Shown here piece after piece: positions 1-8,799 of a stretch of 64,000 nucleotides of DNA; position 1 is the first letter of the stretch; the number at the start of each line of letters is the position of its first letter. Under the pieces are notes generated by a model. It had not been told where the DNA came from, did not search any database, and saw nothing but the letters and a program-made list of their open reading frames with translations. This DNA comes from a phage, in the NCBI GenBank assembly GCA_018175075.1, contig GCA_018175075.1_4100.1. The stretch is one strand, 5' to 3'. A program made the translations under genes and the position numbers.

Positions 1-165
1 CCTATTAGGAGTGGCAGTGTGAATAACAAAGAGTGGGAAGATTACCGCAAGAAGTGCCGAGAGTTTGATAAAGAACTCACAGGTGCAGTGAACGGGGTAA
101 TGTGGGTATCTGCAATTATTGCAGTACTTGGTTTGGGTGCTATTATTATTAATAAATTATTGTAA
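1..165 (+). CDS. hypothetical protein, 3' fragment entering window (hydrophobic C-terminus)
   Basis: open frame from position 1, stop TAA 163-165. Confidence 0.35.
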   Translation, partial: PIRSGSVNNKEWEDYRKKCREFDKELTGAVNGVMWVSAIIAVLGLGAIIINKLL

Positions 166-173
166 GGACTAAT

Positions 174-374
174 ATGTTTACTTTATATCTTGCAGTAGTA
201 CTAACTAATGGTGAAATCACTCGCACCGTTGGTGAAGGTGTATATAAAACACCTGATCAGTGTTACTCTGTAACTCATTGGCCTCGTGATGCTGGTGATG
301 AATCTCGCACTGAATACAAATGTATGAAGGTTAAAGGTGACTTTGTAAATCTAAAGGTTATTGAGACTAAGTAA
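174..374 (+). CDS. hypothetical protein, 66 aa
   Basis: ATG with AAGGA RBS about 7 nt upstream. Confidence 0.5.
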   Translation: MFTLYLAVVLTNGEITRTVGEGVYKTPDQCYSVTHWPRDAGDESRTEYKCMKVKGDFVNLKVIETK

Positions 375-892
375 TGGATATTAATGAGTTGTTGAAATTA
401 GTGTTTAATCGTGAACGCCGCGATACAAGACCAATTGAATATCAAGATGTGATACGCATTGAAACTGATTTCTGTTATGGTAAAACAACTCATGACCTTT
501 TGAATCTCTCTGGAAAACGCTATGCTGATGTTTGTTTTTCAGAGAGAAGTGATGGTTCGGAAATAACGAGTACTGATATTGTTTGTTACGCACGCAGTGC
601 TGATAAATCTTATGAAATAGAACTTATATATTCCCCTAGTTCTAAAACAAATCATCACCGCCATATTTTATATGATGTTTACACACCACCTGGTATTGCT
701 GAATATTTTGTTATTGATTATAGTACTGAAGAAAATGTGTTTCAACAAAGTTTGATTCATAACTTTGAGGTGAATGATCCATTAGTACCAAAGTTGTTCA
801 AACTACTTGACACCATAGATGTTGATTTTGAATTTGTTATGTGCATTAGAACTTCTTTATTCAATGAATTCATGGAACTTTTTAATATATGA
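374..892 (+). CDS. hypothetical protein, 172 aa
   Basis: ORF; start overlaps upstream stop (TAATG). Confidence 0.55.
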   Translation: MDINELLKLVFNRERRDTRPIEYQDVIRIETDFCYGKTTHDLLNLSGKRYADVCFSERSDGSEITSTDIVCYARSADKSYEIELIYSPSSKTNHHRHILYDVYTPPGIAEYFVIDYSTEENVFQQSLIHNFEVNDPLVPKLFKLLDTIDVDFEFVMCIRTSLFNEFMELFNI

Positions 893-1110
893 ATAGATAC
901 TATGTTGTGTATGAACACGTCTCTGAATTTAATAACATACGCGGGTTTTCCAGAGTAGTCACCAAGATGGATGTATTCATTCGTGCTCTTAGTGAAGTAG
1001 ATGCACTGTTTAAATTGTTTGATGAAATTACAAAGTATAACACACCTAAAACACACCGCTATGTGGAAACTGTACATAGCATTATGCTAACTGAAAGTGA
1101 TGAGGAATGA
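889..1110 (+). CDS. hypothetical protein, 73 aa
   Basis: ATGA start/stop overlap with upstream gene. Confidence 0.5.
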   Translation: MNRYYVVYEHVSEFNNIRGFSRVVTKMDVFIRALSEVDALFKLFDEITKYNTPKTHRYVETVHSIMLTESDEE

Positions 1111-1113
1111 TAA

Positions 1114-1332
1114 ATGAATTTATATCTAGTTGAAGGTTTAGTACAAGTCTATAAACCAGAAGGTGAAGGTCAACGTTTTTCACACGTAGAAGAATTTAAG
1201 TACGTTGTACAGGCTGATGGTCAGTACGATGCGGAAATTCAAGTAGATGAATCATTCCGTAAGAAAAATGAAATTGGTAAATTTCAATACCAGAACTTAC
1301 AATATAAAGTATGGCCTAGTATAAATGACTAA
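1114..1332 (+). CDS. hypothetical protein, 72 aa
   Basis: ATG with GAGGAA RBS. Confidence 0.5.
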   Translation: MNLYLVEGLVQVYKPEGEGQRFSHVEEFKYVVQADGQYDAEIQVDESFRKKNEIGKFQYQNLQYKVWPSIND

Positions 1333-1540
1333 GATGTGGTGGTGTCATGGTGTATATAACGTGTATGTAAATGGTAGATATAAAATGTCTAGTACCTATG
1401 CAAGACGTGTTAATGCGAACAACCAAGTTGATGCTGCTTGTGAGATCATTGAGTGGTATGCTGAGTTCAATGCACCTGACTATATGTACGAAATAGTTAC
1501 AATAAATGTTGTACAAATCGATACATCTTTGATACAATAA
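1325..1540 (+). CDS. hypothetical protein, 71 aa
   Basis: ORF overlapping upstream 3' end; start uncertain (alternative ATG at 1334). Confidence 0.4.
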   Translation: MTKMWWCHGVYNVYVNGRYKMSSTYARRVNANNQVDAACEIIEWYAEFNAPDYMYEIVTINVVQIDTSLIQ

Positions 1541-1572
1541 CCACATCAAAAAAATTGCATCTGAGGATACTT

Positions 1573-2235
1573 ATGTTAGTTAATCTTAATTTCATCACTT
1601 CACCTGACTGGGCATTACGTGGAGTTTCTTTAAACTTCAAGGAAACTATGTTTGACTACATTGGTGAGTGTACATTGGTAAATGCAACTTTTGATCCAAA
1701 TCATCCGTTTTGGGCTGAAATTCATGATCCAAATGTAAACAACAATACATCTGTTATGACTATTGTCCAGACTAAACATGCAGGTATCCTTGCAGGTTAT
1801 CGACCTGCACATGCAATTGAACACTTCACTGATTACGATGTCGTGGATGAATACCCAATGATCCATGAAGATGGAAGTCTATACACATCTGAAGACTTCC
1901 GTGCTATCTTTAATAGTACTGATGATATTCTACCAAGTGGACGTCCACGTCCTGAGTCTTATCTTATGCATCCATCTTATGGTGTAGCAGATACGCTTGA
2001 ACAGATTATGAATAAGTACAAGAACCTAATTGAAGGTCCAGAAGAAATTGTCCTGTGCTATCACCCAGTACTGAAGTCTGAACAACCAAAGGATGGTGGA
2101 TGGCGTTGGCATAAGAATGGTGATTATATTGGTACTAAACGAAGTAAAGAACGTTTTGAGTACTTGTATGATGAACCAGATGTTGATGTGGTTTTGTGTT
2201 ATAATTTTATTAAGGTGAAAAAGAAATGTATCTAG
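1573..2235 (+). CDS. hypothetical protein, 220 aa
   Basis: ATG with GAGGA RBS; the track ORF at 1555 begins on TTG. Confidence 0.55.
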   Translation: MLVNLNFITSPDWALRGVSLNFKETMFDYIGECTLVNATFDPNHPFWAEIHDPNVNNNTSVMTIVQTKHAGILAGYRPAHAIEHFTDYDVVDEYPMIHEDGSLYTSEDFRAIFNSTDDILPSGRPRPESYLMHPSYGVADTLEQIMNKYKNLIEGPEEIVLCYHPVLKSEQPKDGGWRWHKNGDYIGTKRSKERFEYLYDEPDVDVVLCYNFIKVKKKCI

Positions 2236-2465
2236 TACTAAGTTTTGTTGTTGCACTATTGTTTATGTTTTATCCTACACTAGTAGCATTAGCCACTAAA
2301 CGACCGATTGTAGATATCACTACTGTATTCTTGCTAAACGTGGCATTAGTACTGGTTTCTATTATCATTCCCGTGAGCTTTACTGTTATTGATATTATTT
2401 CGGTATTACTCTTCGTAATCAGTTATCTTATGCTTATTGAAGAAAAACCAGTTGACAACCATTAG
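2226..2465 (+). CDS. small membrane protein, 79 aa
   Basis: hydrophobic throughout; overlaps upstream stop. Confidence 0.5.
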   Translation: MYLVLSFVVALLFMFYPTLVALATKRPIVDITTVFLLNVALVLVSIIIPVSFTVIDIISVLLFVISYLMLIEEKPVDNH

Positions 2466-2525
2466 TAGTACTGTATAATGGTTCCTGTAGTCTGAAACTT
2501 AACACTTAAACTTGAGGTAAAAAAT

Positions 2526-2852
2526 ATGCTATCAGTACTAATTTCAATTCCGTCTTTAATTCTGATTTGGCTTCTGGTTTACGAATGCTTTATTACTGAT
2601 GATAATGATAAAAAAGAGTTCTCTGAGTTGTTTATGCTTGATTCACCGATTGTGCGTATTTTCTATACAGTCGTTGTGGTTTCAGTAATTGTATGGGTTT
2701 TGAGTTTTATCTTCCCACTCGGTGCAGTAGTTAAAACTTTGGATTTAGTTGAGAACTTTGTTGCAATTATGTGGCTAATCAAAGCACTATTTGCAGGAAA
2801 TGTTAAAATTTGGATTGATATTATCAAATTCAAGTTCACGAATAAGATGTAA
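2526..2852 (+). CDS. membrane protein, 108 aa
   Basis: GAGGT RBS; multiple hydrophobic segments. Confidence 0.5.
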   Translation: MLSVLISIPSLILIWLLVYECFITDDNDKKEFSELFMLDSPIVRIFYTVVVVSVIVWVLSFIFPLGAVVKTLDLVENFVAIMWLIKALFAGNVKIWIDIIKFKFTNKM

Positions 2853-2876
2853 CAGTCAAAATACCTCTATAGTATT

Positions 2877-2913
2877 AAATACTTCTGTACATATATATAG
2901 TACAGAAGTATTT
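2877..2913 (+). terminator. long perfect palindrome (14 bp arms around ATATATAT), probable terminator
   Basis: AAATACTTCTGTAC...GTACAGAAGTATTT immediately after gene 2526-2852. Confidence 0.45.
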
Positions 2914-2930
2914 CTCGTTAGAGGTTTGTT

Positions 2931-3290
2931 ATGAAAAGTTATATAAAATTAATAGCACTTGTGTGTGCATTATTTTCATGTTTTAGTTATGGTGCAGCAG
3001 CAGAAACATATTGTCGTAGTACTAAGGGAACGTGGCATGTATTGACTAACGACCCTAGAAATGGTAAAAATATAGTTGTTGATGGCGTGATTTATCGTTT
3101 TAAAGTAGAAAGTATTATTGGTAATAAAAAAATCTCGACTTATAGAGATGATTCTGGTACATTAGCAAACGTAATATTAATTGTAGACCCAAGAACTGGT
3201 AATGGTGATATCTATATAGTAATTTACTTGGACTCATCGGTACGCCGTGACCTAGATATAGATAAATTGAACTTACACTGTGAAATATAG
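2931..3290 (+). CDS. secreted small protein (signal peptide), 119 aa
   Basis: N-terminal hydrophobic signal ending AAA/E; AGAGG RBS. Confidence 0.55.
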   Translation: MKSYIKLIALVCALFSCFSYGAAAETYCRSTKGTWHVLTNDPRNGKNIVVDGVIYRFKVESIIGNKKISTYRDDSGTLANVILIVDPRTGNGDIYIVIYLDSSVRRDLDIDKLNLHCEI

Positions 3291-3301
3291 GACTTAAAAA
3301 A

Positions 3302-3679
3302 ATGGTAAACACTATTTTACTTTTGTTGTTGAATATTCCAATTATTCTGTCTTTTTTAATTTCTATTTTTATGGCAGGATATTGTTTAGTTGCAGTAATT
3401 CATTTTATTTTAACAAACAAATATGTCCTAATTTCTAAGCTTGATTCTATTTTTGCTTGCGATTCAATGGCTTATAACTTATGGTTAATTTGTTCTTGCA
3501 TTATGGGAGTAACTTTCCTTCTGCATGTATTTGATGTCCTTGACCAAAAGTTCGTATACATCAGTACTGGATTGGCTCTTTATCCTGCTACGTGGTACTT
3601 GATTTACGTTGGTGATATATGGTATAGTACTTATAAAGAATATCAGTACAAGAAATCACTTAACGTTGGAGGAAAATAA
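3302..3679 (+). CDS. membrane protein, 125 aa
   Basis: ORF with several hydrophobic helices. Confidence 0.5.
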   Translation: MVNTILLLLLNIPIILSFLISIFMAGYCLVAVIHFILTNKYVLISKLDSIFACDSMAYNLWLICSCIMGVTFLLHVFDVLDQKFVYISTGLALYPATWYLIYVGDIWYSTYKEYQYKKSLNVGGK

Positions 3680-3681
3680 TC

Positions 3682-4032
3682 ATGAAAATTATTTTATTTT
3701 TTGTATGTATGTTAATGTGTGGATTGTCATATGCTGAACCATTGGAAGGTTTAGTTTGTACAGATGGTAATATTAAACATATCTATCAAGGTGATAGTGA
3801 CGATCGAGATATTGTATATATTGATGGACAATCATATACGTTTGTTAAAGAGCATACAGTAGGCGACATTAGCTTCACTGAGTTTTCTAACGACACAGAC
3901 CCTAACTTCTTAGCGTTTATTGAAGTAGATGTATATGAAGATAGTAATGGCACACAATATGCTAAATTAGTTATGATGCGTCGTGGTGCTAAAGAAACTA
4001 GTTTTGGTGGCTTGTGTAAATATAAGGATTGA
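3682..4032 (+). CDS. secreted small protein (signal peptide), 116 aa
   Basis: GGAGGA RBS; signal peptide; similar architecture to 2931-3290. Confidence 0.55.
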   Translation: MKIILFFVCMLMCGLSYAEPLEGLVCTDGNIKHIYQGDSDDRDIVYIDGQSYTFVKEHTVGDISFTEFSNDTDPNFLAFIEVDVYEDSNGTQYAKLVMMRRGAKETSFGGLCKYKD

Positions 4033-4036
4033 TATT

Positions 4037-4228
4037 ATGTTGATTTATCAAAGTGATAATATTCGTGTTATGCAGCATCCCTACTTACAAATCTTTGATG
4101 TGCAGCAGTATATGGAAGGTGATGACCCAAGAACCTATGGTCGTAAGTATGATTACTTCACTGTAAAGCAGTGTAATAATATTAACGAAGTACGACAATT
4201 AGTTCAAGAACTTCAAAACAAAGGTTGA
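4037..4228 (+). CDS. hypothetical protein, 63 aa
   Basis: ATG with AAGGA RBS; stop lies inside terminator stem. Confidence 0.45.
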   Translation: MLIYQSDNIRVMQHPYLQIFDVQQYMEGDDPRTYGRKYDYFTVKQCNNINEVRQLVQELQNKG

Positions 4229-4246
4229 CTTCGGTCAGCCTTTTTT
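4223..4246 (+). terminator. rho-independent terminator
   Basis: GGTTGAC-TTCG-GTCAGCC hairpin followed by TTTTTT. Confidence 0.7.
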
Positions 4247-4282
4247 GTTATAATTCTCTTAATAAATTAGAGGATTTTAATT

Positions 4283-4723
4283 ATGTATGTATATCGTTTT
4301 GAACTTAAATTTAGTTACATTGAACCTAACTTAGATCCTGCACGAACTGTAGGTCCGTTTGCACGGTATTCAACCAGATACAGTACTAAAAATGGATTTG
4401 ACCGTTTGCTCATGACTACACCTTCTCAATTCCAACCTGAACCAACTGAGGATGGGATCTATTCAATCAAAAGTGGATGGGTATTTGGCTGTCAAAGTTT
4501 GAAAGATTTGTTCAGATTCTTCACTATGGACTTAGGTAAATTGCATCGTGCTGGGTTTGCTATATCTGTATATGAAGTTCCAGACCACCATGTAGACATT
4601 GGTCGTAATCAGGTTCAGTACTATTGCGGTAGTGCTAAATTAGTTCGTATCATGTCAGTTAAGGAAGCAAAGGATGAGTTCCGACAAAGTAAAAGAGAAA
4701 CACATGAGGTAATATATGGATAA
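4283..4723 (+). CDS. hypothetical protein, 146 aa
   Basis: ATG with AGAGGA RBS. Confidence 0.55.
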   Translation: MYVYRFELKFSYIEPNLDPARTVGPFARYSTRYSTKNGFDRLLMTTPSQFQPEPTEDGIYSIKSGWVFGCQSLKDLFRFFTMDLGKLHRAGFAISVYEVPDHHVDIGRNQVQYYCGSAKLVRIMSVKEAKDEFRQSKRETHEVIYG

Positions 4724-5060
4724 AACTCAAATAGAATTAAAGAAATTTGTTTCATTCTATCTTCCTGATGACCCACGTAATTCACAAAAAGATATTGAAT
4801 ATTATAATATCCTATCTAAACAGTTAATGAGAAAGTTTCAACAGTGTTTAACTATATTCAATACAGATGGAAGACGTAGATACCGAATCGTTTCAATGAA
4901 TGATGAAAACGCAAATTTCTTTGATTACGATGTGGTTTTTAGAGCATATAATGATGATCGTATAAAATTAAATTATGATCAAATTATACTTGACCTGAAT
5001 GTTATATGTGTTATAATCACTCACGTAGCCGAACTTAATGGTTTTAAAGAATGGTATTGA
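4716..5060 (+). CDS. hypothetical protein, 114 aa
   Basis: ORF overlapping upstream stop. Confidence 0.5.
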   Translation: MDKTQIELKKFVSFYLPDDPRNSQKDIEYYNILSKQLMRKFQQCLTIFNTDGRRRYRIVSMNDENANFFDYDVVFRAYNDDRIKLNYDQIILDLNVICVIITHVAELNGFKEWY

Positions 5061-5074
5061 ATAGAGGATAACAT

Positions 5075-5341
5075 ATGAAGCTTAAATTACAATATAATGG
5101 ATTTACTTTACGTAATGATACTGAATTTATTAATCGTTCTCCTGGTGCTGAACTGTTTTTACGAGAGATGAACATTCCTTTCATCATTACTACAGTGGGC
5201 GACCGTGAAGTTCTACAATACGCAGAGCATCCGATCATTGATGTTCCTTGGTACTCTGAGCATATGTACATGGATATGGCACGTCGCTACAACTGTAAGT
5301 TCGTAGTTGAAGGTGATAAAATTACAGTCGAATTTAAATAA
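5075..5341 (+). CDS. hypothetical protein, 88 aa
   Basis: ATG with GAGGA RBS. Confidence 0.5.
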   Translation: MKLKLQYNGFTLRNDTEFINRSPGAELFLREMNIPFIITTVGDREVLQYAEHPIIDVPWYSEHMYMDMARRYNCKFVVEGDKITVEFK

Positions 5342-5352
5342 GGTAAATTAAA

Positions 5353-5646
5353 ATGATCAGTACTTCAGTTAATGAAAGCATCGTCGCTGACGTAGAAATG
5401 GTTAAAGAATGTGCAGATGAAACTCTTCGTGATATGTACATTAATGATTTAATTACTGAATACGGTAGTCGTGGTGTACACGAATTTATTCGTTTAAGTG
5501 GAGAGTTGATGAAAAATCGAATTCGTATGAAGCTTAACGTACATCCAAAAGCATGGGCATTTACATTAAAATACGCAGAAGATATTGTTAATTTGCGTCG
5601 AACTGAAGTATATGAACGTTTGCACAATGGTATGTTAGATAAATGA
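5353..5646 (+). CDS. hypothetical protein, 97 aa
   Basis: ATG with AAGG RBS. Confidence 0.5.
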   Translation: MISTSVNESIVADVEMVKECADETLRDMYINDLITEYGSRGVHEFIRLSGELMKNRIRMKLNVHPKAWAFTLKYAEDIVNLRRTEVYERLHNGMLDK

Positions 5647-5655
5647 TTGTAAAAT

Positions 5656-5682
5656 AGGAATTCTTAAATGAATTCCTTTTTG
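5656..5682 (+). terminator. rho-independent terminator
   Basis: AGGAATTC...GAATTCCT hairpin followed by TTTTT. Confidence 0.6.
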
Positions 5683-5698
5683 TTTATAAGGTATAGTA

Positions 5699-5920
5699 AT
5701 GAAATATATAGTACTTGTACTGATATTATTCAGTACTGTTGTAAGTGCTAAACAAAAAGAATATGTTAAATGTATAAATTATGAAGAGAAATATGTTGAA
5801 ACATATAAAAAAAGTATAATTAAAAACGTTTCGATTACTAACAGAGCAACAATCATTGTACTTAAAAATGGGTTAATTATGCTATATAAACCACACGTTA
5901 AATGTGAAATTATTAATTGA
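5699..5920 (+). CDS. secreted small protein (signal peptide), 73 aa
   Basis: AT-rich ORF with N-terminal signal peptide. Confidence 0.45.
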   Translation: MKYIVLVLILFSTVVSAKQKEYVKCINYEEKYVETYKKSIIKNVSITNRATIIVLKNGLIMLYKPHVKCEIIN

Positions 5921-5927
5921 GGAAATT

Positions 5928-6500
5928 ATGAATCGTAAAGGTCGTTTTAAAGTATCAAAAAAGAACAAAAGTTCTAGGTTTAAACCTATTGTTTTAACAG
6001 TTAAATCTAACAAAGATTTAACTGCACTTAGTAAAAAGATAATTTCATCTAAGATTGAAGTATCATACGTAAATTCATTAAAATATATGAATGTCAAACC
6101 ACTGGACCAACTCATTTCACTTATATTTGAACGTAATGATTTTGAGATATCAGTAGATGATTATAGAGCCTATAATGCTGGTTTCATTAATGTTACTTGT
6201 AATAAAAAACTAACTGAGTTGGAAAATTTGTCATGTATAATAAATCTAGATAAAGGTGTTGTGAAGTACCATTTTGTACATTTCACTAATATCAATAATG
6301 GAATGGGTGTACAATCCAGACCTATAGTGCCTACGTGTGATGTTACTAAATTAGCAAAGCTCAATGATGAAGAATATTTTCAAGAAAGCATTGTAACTGA
6401 GCATTTAGATGATATAATAGCTACTTACAAAGAATGCATATGGGTGTTGAATGCTATAAAACCTAAATTGTGTTTAATGAATATTGTTCGTGATTTATGA
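5928..6500 (+). CDS. hypothetical protein, 190 aa
   Basis: ATG with GAGGAA RBS; track ORF at 5904 begins on GTG. Confidence 0.45.
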   Translation: MNRKGRFKVSKKNKSSRFKPIVLTVKSNKDLTALSKKIISSKIEVSYVNSLKYMNVKPLDQLISLIFERNDFEISVDDYRAYNAGFINVTCNKKLTELENLSCIINLDKGVVKYHFVHFTNINNGMGVQSRPIVPTCDVTKLAKLNDEEYFQESIVTEHLDDIIATYKECIWVLNAIKPKLCLMNIVRDL

Positions 6501-6513
6501 ATGGGGAATCGTA

Positions 6514-6957
6514 ATGAGTTGGGTAAATGTTAATAGTATTGAACTTAACGAACAAGATATTTTTGCATTTGTAAATTTAACTAATAACACAGTACTAAAA
6601 GGGCGTTTGTTCAGTGCTAGTGATGGGTACAAATGGATCTCTTTGATGGATGATAGTGGTGTGATTTATAATGTAATGCAATTACCCCAATGGGTATATA
6701 GTAACACTGCTGACGATGTTCTTACCGCAGTTATGCGTGAGTTTGAAAAACTCCCAGGTGGTGATATCAAAAACAAAGTTTTTAATGCAGAACGTAAAAA
6801 TTATACAGCACAGCAATTGGAATCCCTTGCCATTGCTGCTTATCAAGCTGCTATTAAGAAGCCAGAGTGCGTTATTCTTAAGTATGTACCAGACTTAAAA
6901 CTTACGTTGGAAAACATGGATGCATTCATTTTTACATCTGAACTTGATCAGTACTAA
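6514..6957 (+). CDS. hypothetical protein, 147 aa
   Basis: ATG with GGGGA RBS; track ORF at 6484 begins on TTG. Confidence 0.5.
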   Translation: MSWVNVNSIELNEQDIFAFVNLTNNTVLKGRLFSASDGYKWISLMDDSGVIYNVMQLPQWVYSNTADDVLTAVMREFEKLPGGDIKNKVFNAERKNYTAQQLESLAIAAYQAAIKKPECVILKYVPDLKLTLENMDAFIFTSELDQY

Positions 6958-6964
6958 TTTAACT

Positions 6965-6994
6965 TTGGGACAACCATTCTTATTATGATATAAT
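6965..6994 (+). promoter_or_regulatory. sigma70-like promoter
   Basis: TTGGGA, 18 nt, TATAAT followed by GTTTTA. Confidence 0.45.
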
Positions 6995-7072
6995 GTTTTA
7001 TGTCATTCGATATAAATGACAACGGAACTATAAATATTATAGTAAAATTTATCTCTTATAGGAGTTATAAAA

Positions 7073-7456
7073 ATGGTTGATAAATGGAATAAGAAAGATC
7101 CATCACATGATGTTGATATTTCTGGTCTAGACAATGCACATAAGCACAAGTATCTAGATTCACTAGGTCTTCTAAAACCAGACCAAAGTCTTGCACATGA
7201 TCGTCCATCCCGTGAAAAAGCATTTAGCCTAGAATCACTAGGTCATGAGCTTAATCGTGTGTTTGAGGATCACCCAATCTATGTACGTGATATTATCGAG
7301 AAACTTAAAGTAACTCCTAAAGAGCACTTTAAAGCAACTGTACACTCTGCATTCCGTGCATTACATGAATCTCTAAAGAAAACTCACAATCTTCGTAAAA
7401 TTCATGATGAAATCGTGAATGCAATCGAAAGTGAAAAACATAAGTTCAAGAAGTAA
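7073..7456 (+). CDS. hypothetical protein, 127 aa
   Basis: ATG with AGGAG RBS; shares SLGLL motif with 8800-10059 product. Confidence 0.55.
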   Translation: MVDKWNKKDPSHDVDISGLDNAHKHKYLDSLGLLKPDQSLAHDRPSREKAFSLESLGHELNRVFEDHPIYVRDIIEKLKVTPKEHFKATVHSAFRALHESLKKTHNLRKIHDEIVNAIESEKHKFKK

Positions 7457-7460
7457 TAAA

Positions 7461-7487
7461 AGGGTTGACTAAGGTCAGCCCTTTGTT
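7461..7487 (+). terminator. rho-independent terminator
   Basis: AGGGTTGACT-AAG-GTCAGCCCT hairpin then T-rich. Confidence 0.65.
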
Positions 7488-7523
7488 GTATCATAACTTC
7501 TCAATATAACTGAGGTATCATAT

Positions 7524-7637
7524 ATGCAAGGTTTGAAATTTGTAGTTGCTGCACTCATCGCTGCTGTTGTAGTGGGTACAGTATGTTATTCAATTGACAC
7601 CTATATCAATACACCTAGTGTTGAACAAACCAAATAA
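7524..7637 (+). CDS. small membrane peptide, 37 aa
   Basis: short ORF with GAGGT RBS and hydrophobic core; below the track size cutoff. Confidence 0.3.
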   Translation: MQGLKFVVAALIAAVVVGTVCYSIDTYINTPSVEQTK

Positions 7638-7645
7638 GGGATATC

Positions 7646-7909
7646 ATGGCTGAAACATTATCACTATATGCGTTAGTACTGTTATTTGTCGGATTTCTTC
7701 CCGCACTCATTACAGCCATTCGTGTTGTTAAACATGAAGCTGCATTGATTGTATGTAGTATTGGGTCGAACATTCTATTGTATTTCTTTTTGACAAATAC
7801 TATTGTACTGTTTGCTTTCTTTATCATGATTCTGTGGGTACTTGTAATTCTCGGATTCTTCATTTGGTCATTGGTTGATCCTAAGAAAAAATCAGGAGAA
7901 GTGAAATGA
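7646..7909 (+). CDS. membrane protein, 87 aa
   Basis: ATG with AAGGGA RBS; two hydrophobic helices. Confidence 0.5.
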   Translation: MAETLSLYALVLLFVGFLPALITAIRVVKHEAALIVCSIGSNILLYFFLTNTIVLFAFFIMILWVLVILGFFIWSLVDPKKKSGEVK

Positions 7910-8202
7910 AATTAATTATAGCAATGATAATGTGTTTGGCTTTCCCTGTACTGGCTACTCCTAATCTGGACTGCACACTGTTGCGTTCAGATGGTGACAC
8001 ACTTGAAATCAACACATATGAACTCTTTGGTCCAAGTGTAGTGGAGAATGAAACCACCTACAATTTCAAAGCTATTGACTTTGAAGGTAATGTTCCAGTA
8101 CTAACTACAATGACTATTGACAAAACTACTTTACTCGGACGAATCACCACACAACGCGGAGAAAGTAAAACATTCACAGCGAAAGCTGACTGTAACTACT
8201 AA
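7906..8202 (+). CDS. secreted small protein (signal peptide), 98 aa
   Basis: ATGA overlap with upstream gene; signal peptide; two Cys. Confidence 0.5.
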   Translation: MKLIIAMIMCLAFPVLATPNLDCTLLRSDGDTLEINTYELFGPSVVENETTYNFKAIDFEGNVPVLTTMTIDKTTLLGRITTQRGESKTFTAKADCNY

Positions 8203-8223
8203 TGGTATAGTACAGTGAAAATA

Positions 8224-8246
8224 GGGTTGACTTCGGTCAACCTTTA
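8224..8246 (+). terminator. rho-independent terminator
   Basis: GGGTTGAC-TTCG-GTCAACC hairpin then TTTATATA. Confidence 0.6.
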
Positions 8247-8252
8247 TATATA

Positions 8253-8795
8253 ATGGAAGAAATAAACATGGAACGTTGGAAATTAATTCCTGATTATGAC
8301 TATTCAATTTCTGATCATGGAAGAGTAAGAAACGAACAAACTGGATATATAAGTTGTGGATTTAAAAATAAAGATGGGTATGTGAAGGTCGATTTGTATC
8401 GCAATTCTGTGAAAAATAGAAAGGCGATTCATCGACTAGTAGCTGAAGCATTTTTACCACCACCCACACAGAAACAGTTACAGTGGGCGAGTAGAACAAA
8501 GAAAAAAGTTGTTCACATAAACCATAAAGATTGTAATAGAAGTAACAATCACTATTTGAATTTGGAATGGAACACAGCATCTGAAAACGTACTATATTCT
8601 TATTCACATGGTAACGCAACAACTAATCGTGGTGCTGCTGTGTTGACATGGGAAATTGTAAGAGAAATAAGAAAAGATTATAATGATAATTATAATGATG
8701 TGATAGAATATGCACGAGAAAATTGTAATAAATACCGTGTATGTAAAAAAACAATACGTCGTATTTTATACAATCAAACATGGATAGAGGATTAA
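8253..8795 (+). CDS. HNH homing endonuclease (NUMOD4-like N-terminus plus HNH motif)
   Basis: N-terminal WKLIPDYDYSISDHGRVRN and HNH-type INHKDCNRSNNHYLNLEW; free-standing between a terminator and the next gene; start may be the ATG at 8268. Confidence 0.75.
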   Translation: MEEINMERWKLIPDYDYSISDHGRVRNEQTGYISCGFKNKDGYVKVDLYRNSVKNRKAIHRLVAEAFLPPPTQKQLQWASRTKKKVVHINHKDCNRSNNHYLNLEWNTASENVLYSYSHGNATTNRGAAVLTWEIVREIRKDYNDNYNDVIEYARENCNKYRVCKKTIRRILYNQTWIED

Positions 8796-8799
8796 AAAT

